Shown here: piece by piece, positions 61,445-64,000 of the stretch | Numbering within the stretch: the stretch's first letter is position 1 | How the letters are laid out: each line of letters begins with the position of its first letter | Source of the DNA: Hypanus sabinus | Lineage: Eukaryota | Length of the DNA stretch: 64,000 nucleotides | Direction of reading: 5' to 3' | Assembly: GCF_030144855.1 (NCBI RefSeq) | Contig: NC_082734.1 | Location: 21,824,001 to 21,888,000, forward strand | Notes under the pieces: model-generated | Database searches by the model: none | What the model was told of the DNA's origin: nothing | What the model saw: the letters and a program-made list of their open reading frames with translations, nothing else | Made by a program: the position numbers and the translations under genes

Positions 61445-61700
61445 TTCCTACACACATAAGATGTAGGAGCAGAATTAGGCCATTTGGCCCATCGAGTCTG
61501 CTCCACCATTCAATCACGGCTGATCCTGTTTCCTTCTCCCCGTAACATTTGATGCGATATCCAATTAAGAACCTATCAATTTCCGCCTTAAATACACCCA
61601 ACAACCTGGTCTCCACGGCTGCCTGTGGTAATAAATTCACCACCCTCTGGCTAAAGAAATTTCTCCGCGTCTGTTTTGAATGGACGCCCCTCAATCCAGA
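61445..61700 (-). mobile_element. CR1-like LINE 3' end
   Basis: RNFFSQRVVNLLPQAAVE...VFKAEIDRFL; GGCCAAATGGCCTAATTCTGCTCCT tail. Confidence 0.8.
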
Positions 61701-62599
61701 GCCTGGGCCGCCTTGTCCTCGGCTCCCCCCTCCACCATAGTATGACAAATAAATCTGAATCTGGGGTGAGGGAAAGGGTAGGTAAAGGGGGGGGGGAATA
61801 GGTGGATGCTTGAGGGGAGGAGGGAGGGATGGTACTGATTTGTCAGGGGTTGGAAGTGAGGAGGAGAGGTGTTGAGGTTGTGGGAGGAGGGGCTGGTGTA
61901 GAGGGAGCCAGGAAGAGGAGTTGAACTGGCAGAGCTCGTTTCCTCGTTCACCCTCTGCCGAGTTTTGGTTTCCCCGCTGACGACCCATCCTCAGCAGCCA
62001 AACCCGGAGGGGGCGCAGAAAAGCTTCACCAGGAGCAGAATCAGGCCATTTGGCCCATCCAGTCTGCTCCACCATTCAATCCTGGCTGATCCTCCTGGAT
62101 TAGAGGGCAGGTAGTGGACAGTTGTTACCTTGACCCTGGATACTGTTGCTTCTCTCCCCTCCCATTGTGCAGAAGGTACAAATATCTGAAAGCAAGGCCC
62201 ACTGGGCTCAGCAACCCCTCTTCTCTCGCTATTGCAATCAGGAAGAAGGCACAGGAGCCTCAAGACACACACCACTTGGTTCAGGAACAGTTATTAGTCT
62301 TGAACCACAGGCGCTAACTTCACTCGCCCCATCACTGAACTGTTCCCATAACGAATGGACTCACTTTCAAGGACCCTCATCTCATGTTCTCAATACTTAT
62401 ACCTTATTTACTACAATTGTTATTACTGTGTTACTTTTTGTATTTGAAGTTTCCAGTCTTTGGCACATCGATTGTCTGTCCTGTTGGGGGCGCTCTTTCA
62501 TTGACGCTTGTGTTTCTTGTCATTGTGAACTTTGACCTTTCTACCCCATGGTTATAAGACTATTGAACAGTTCCCTAGTATGCTAAGTACTAGGTGGGA

Positions 62600-63060
62600 A
62601 GAGTGTCTCCCTTTGTGATGGGTGTTACTGCTGGCTGAGAGACTCACTCTGTAATAGGGGGTCGCTGATGGGAAAGCAACCCCCTCGGTGACAGGGGACC
62701 CAAATGGGGCAAGTGACTCCCTCTGTTATGAGAGAGAGAGAGAGAGAGAGAGACCACCCCGTAACAGGGGTAATGGGGTCTCCGATTGGGGAAGAGATTC
62801 CCTCTGTAATAAGTGCAAAGGGAGAGACTCTCTCTGTAATGGGGGAGAATCTCCTGTAACAGAGGTTAGGGGGGAAGAGACTCTCTGTAACAGGGTAATG
62901 GGGAGAGACCCCCACTACAGGGTCTCCCTCAGTGATGGGTAACGGGGTAGCAACTCCTTTTATAAAAGTGGTGTTGGCTCCCCCTGTACCAGGGGTAATG
63001 GGGCTGAGACTCCTTCTGTCACAGGTCCCCAAAGGTGAAAGAGTCTCCCTCTTTAGCAAG
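62600..63060. repeat. Diverged repeat of about 25-30 bp (GAGACTCYCTCTGTAA...GGG)
   Basis: Recurrent CTCTGTAA and GGGGAGAGAC motifs. Confidence 0.65.
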
Positions 63061-64000
63061 GGGAGAATATTAGATCTCCCTTTCTCACCCTTTCTCTCTG
63101 TCTACCCCTCCACTCTCTCGAGGGCTGGCTCTCTGGGGAGATCTTTGAGGTGGCGATGGTTGGGTTTTCGCCTCGTGAGGGGGGTGGCACAGGCTGTGTT
63201 GAAATTCTATGGCGCTGGATGAGGTCACTGAGGGAAGCGATTTCATGTGACGGGGACACAGTATGAGTGTGAATGAGCTCACCTACCCCACACCGGGGCC
63301 GAACAAACGAGCATTGCTCGCTTATCTCCCAGTGCACTCTGTAAACACACACAGCTTGCCAAAATAGATTAGAGGCTGATTCACTACTTTGCCTGTTTCC
63401 TTCCATCTCCTTTCCTTGTTTACTCCCCTCTGCTCCCTTTTTTCCTACAAAACTGAAACAGTTTATTTACATCACATATACATGTTCAATATTTACAAGA
63501 CAGTTATACTCAGATTAAAATATGGCTACTCTATTCCCTTGTGCTCTTTCTGCCTTCTCTCACCTGCCTCTTTTCCCTCCATCCTCCCTCTACGTCTTTC
63601 CCCCACTTTACCCTCCCTGTCTTTCTCATTCTCCCATTCTCCTTCACCCAGTTTCCCCTCTCCCTGTTTCTGGTCCTTTTTTTTATCTAACTCCAACCCA
63701 GCTCTCTCCCTCTCCTCTTGCCCTCCCCTTCCTCCTCTCTCCCCACCCTCTTTTTTCTCAGCCCTCATCTTACCCTATCTTTCTAAAAATTCCTGCTCCC
63801 TCTCCCCTTCCCAGCCCAACCTCTCTCCCATTCTACCCCATTCCTTTCTCTTCTATCCCCCTCTCTCCCACATCCCCTTCCCTCTCTCCCCATACCCTTC
63901 CCTCTCTCCCCATACCCTTCCCTCTCCCCATACCCCCTCTCTCCCCATACCCTTCCCTCTCTCCCTCCCCATCCCCTCTCCCTCTATTCATTCCTGTCTG

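Noticed and set aside
63120-63270. Exon-like open frame on the plus strand after a pyrimidine tract (GWLSGEIFEVAMVGF...)
   Set aside because: No recognisable homology and no linked exons; cannot be supported without a database search.

Overview
Vertebrate genomic DNA, most likely from a cartilaginous fish such as a ray (inferred from its CR1, Rex1, Penelope and satellite repeat content). Three protein-coding genes lie in tandem on the minus strand. (1) A complete 13-coding-exon PELO (pelota/Dom34, 384 aa, 61120->37290). (2) A complete 9-exon KREMEN2 (signal-kringle-WSC-CUB-TM-tail, 451 aa, 33086->22048). (3) Exon 1 of PAQR4 (9634->9475), whose other exons lie beyond the window start. All exons were assembled by hand with GT-AG junctions and consistent phases. 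The rest is decayed transposons (Gypsy LTR element, solo LTRs, Tc1, a Tigger/MER2-like MITE, CR1, Rex1, L1, Penelope, SINEs), minisatellites, long purine/pyrimidine tracts and two N gaps (37386-37523, 45124-45340). The most notable observations are an intron-rich PELO beside KREMEN2-PAQR4 (mammalian PELO is intron-poor and nested in ITGA1), a tandem array copying the end of PAQR4 exon 1 with a splice donor and a new in-frame ATG in each unit, and a duplicated KREMEN2 exon-3 acceptor leading to an in-frame stop.
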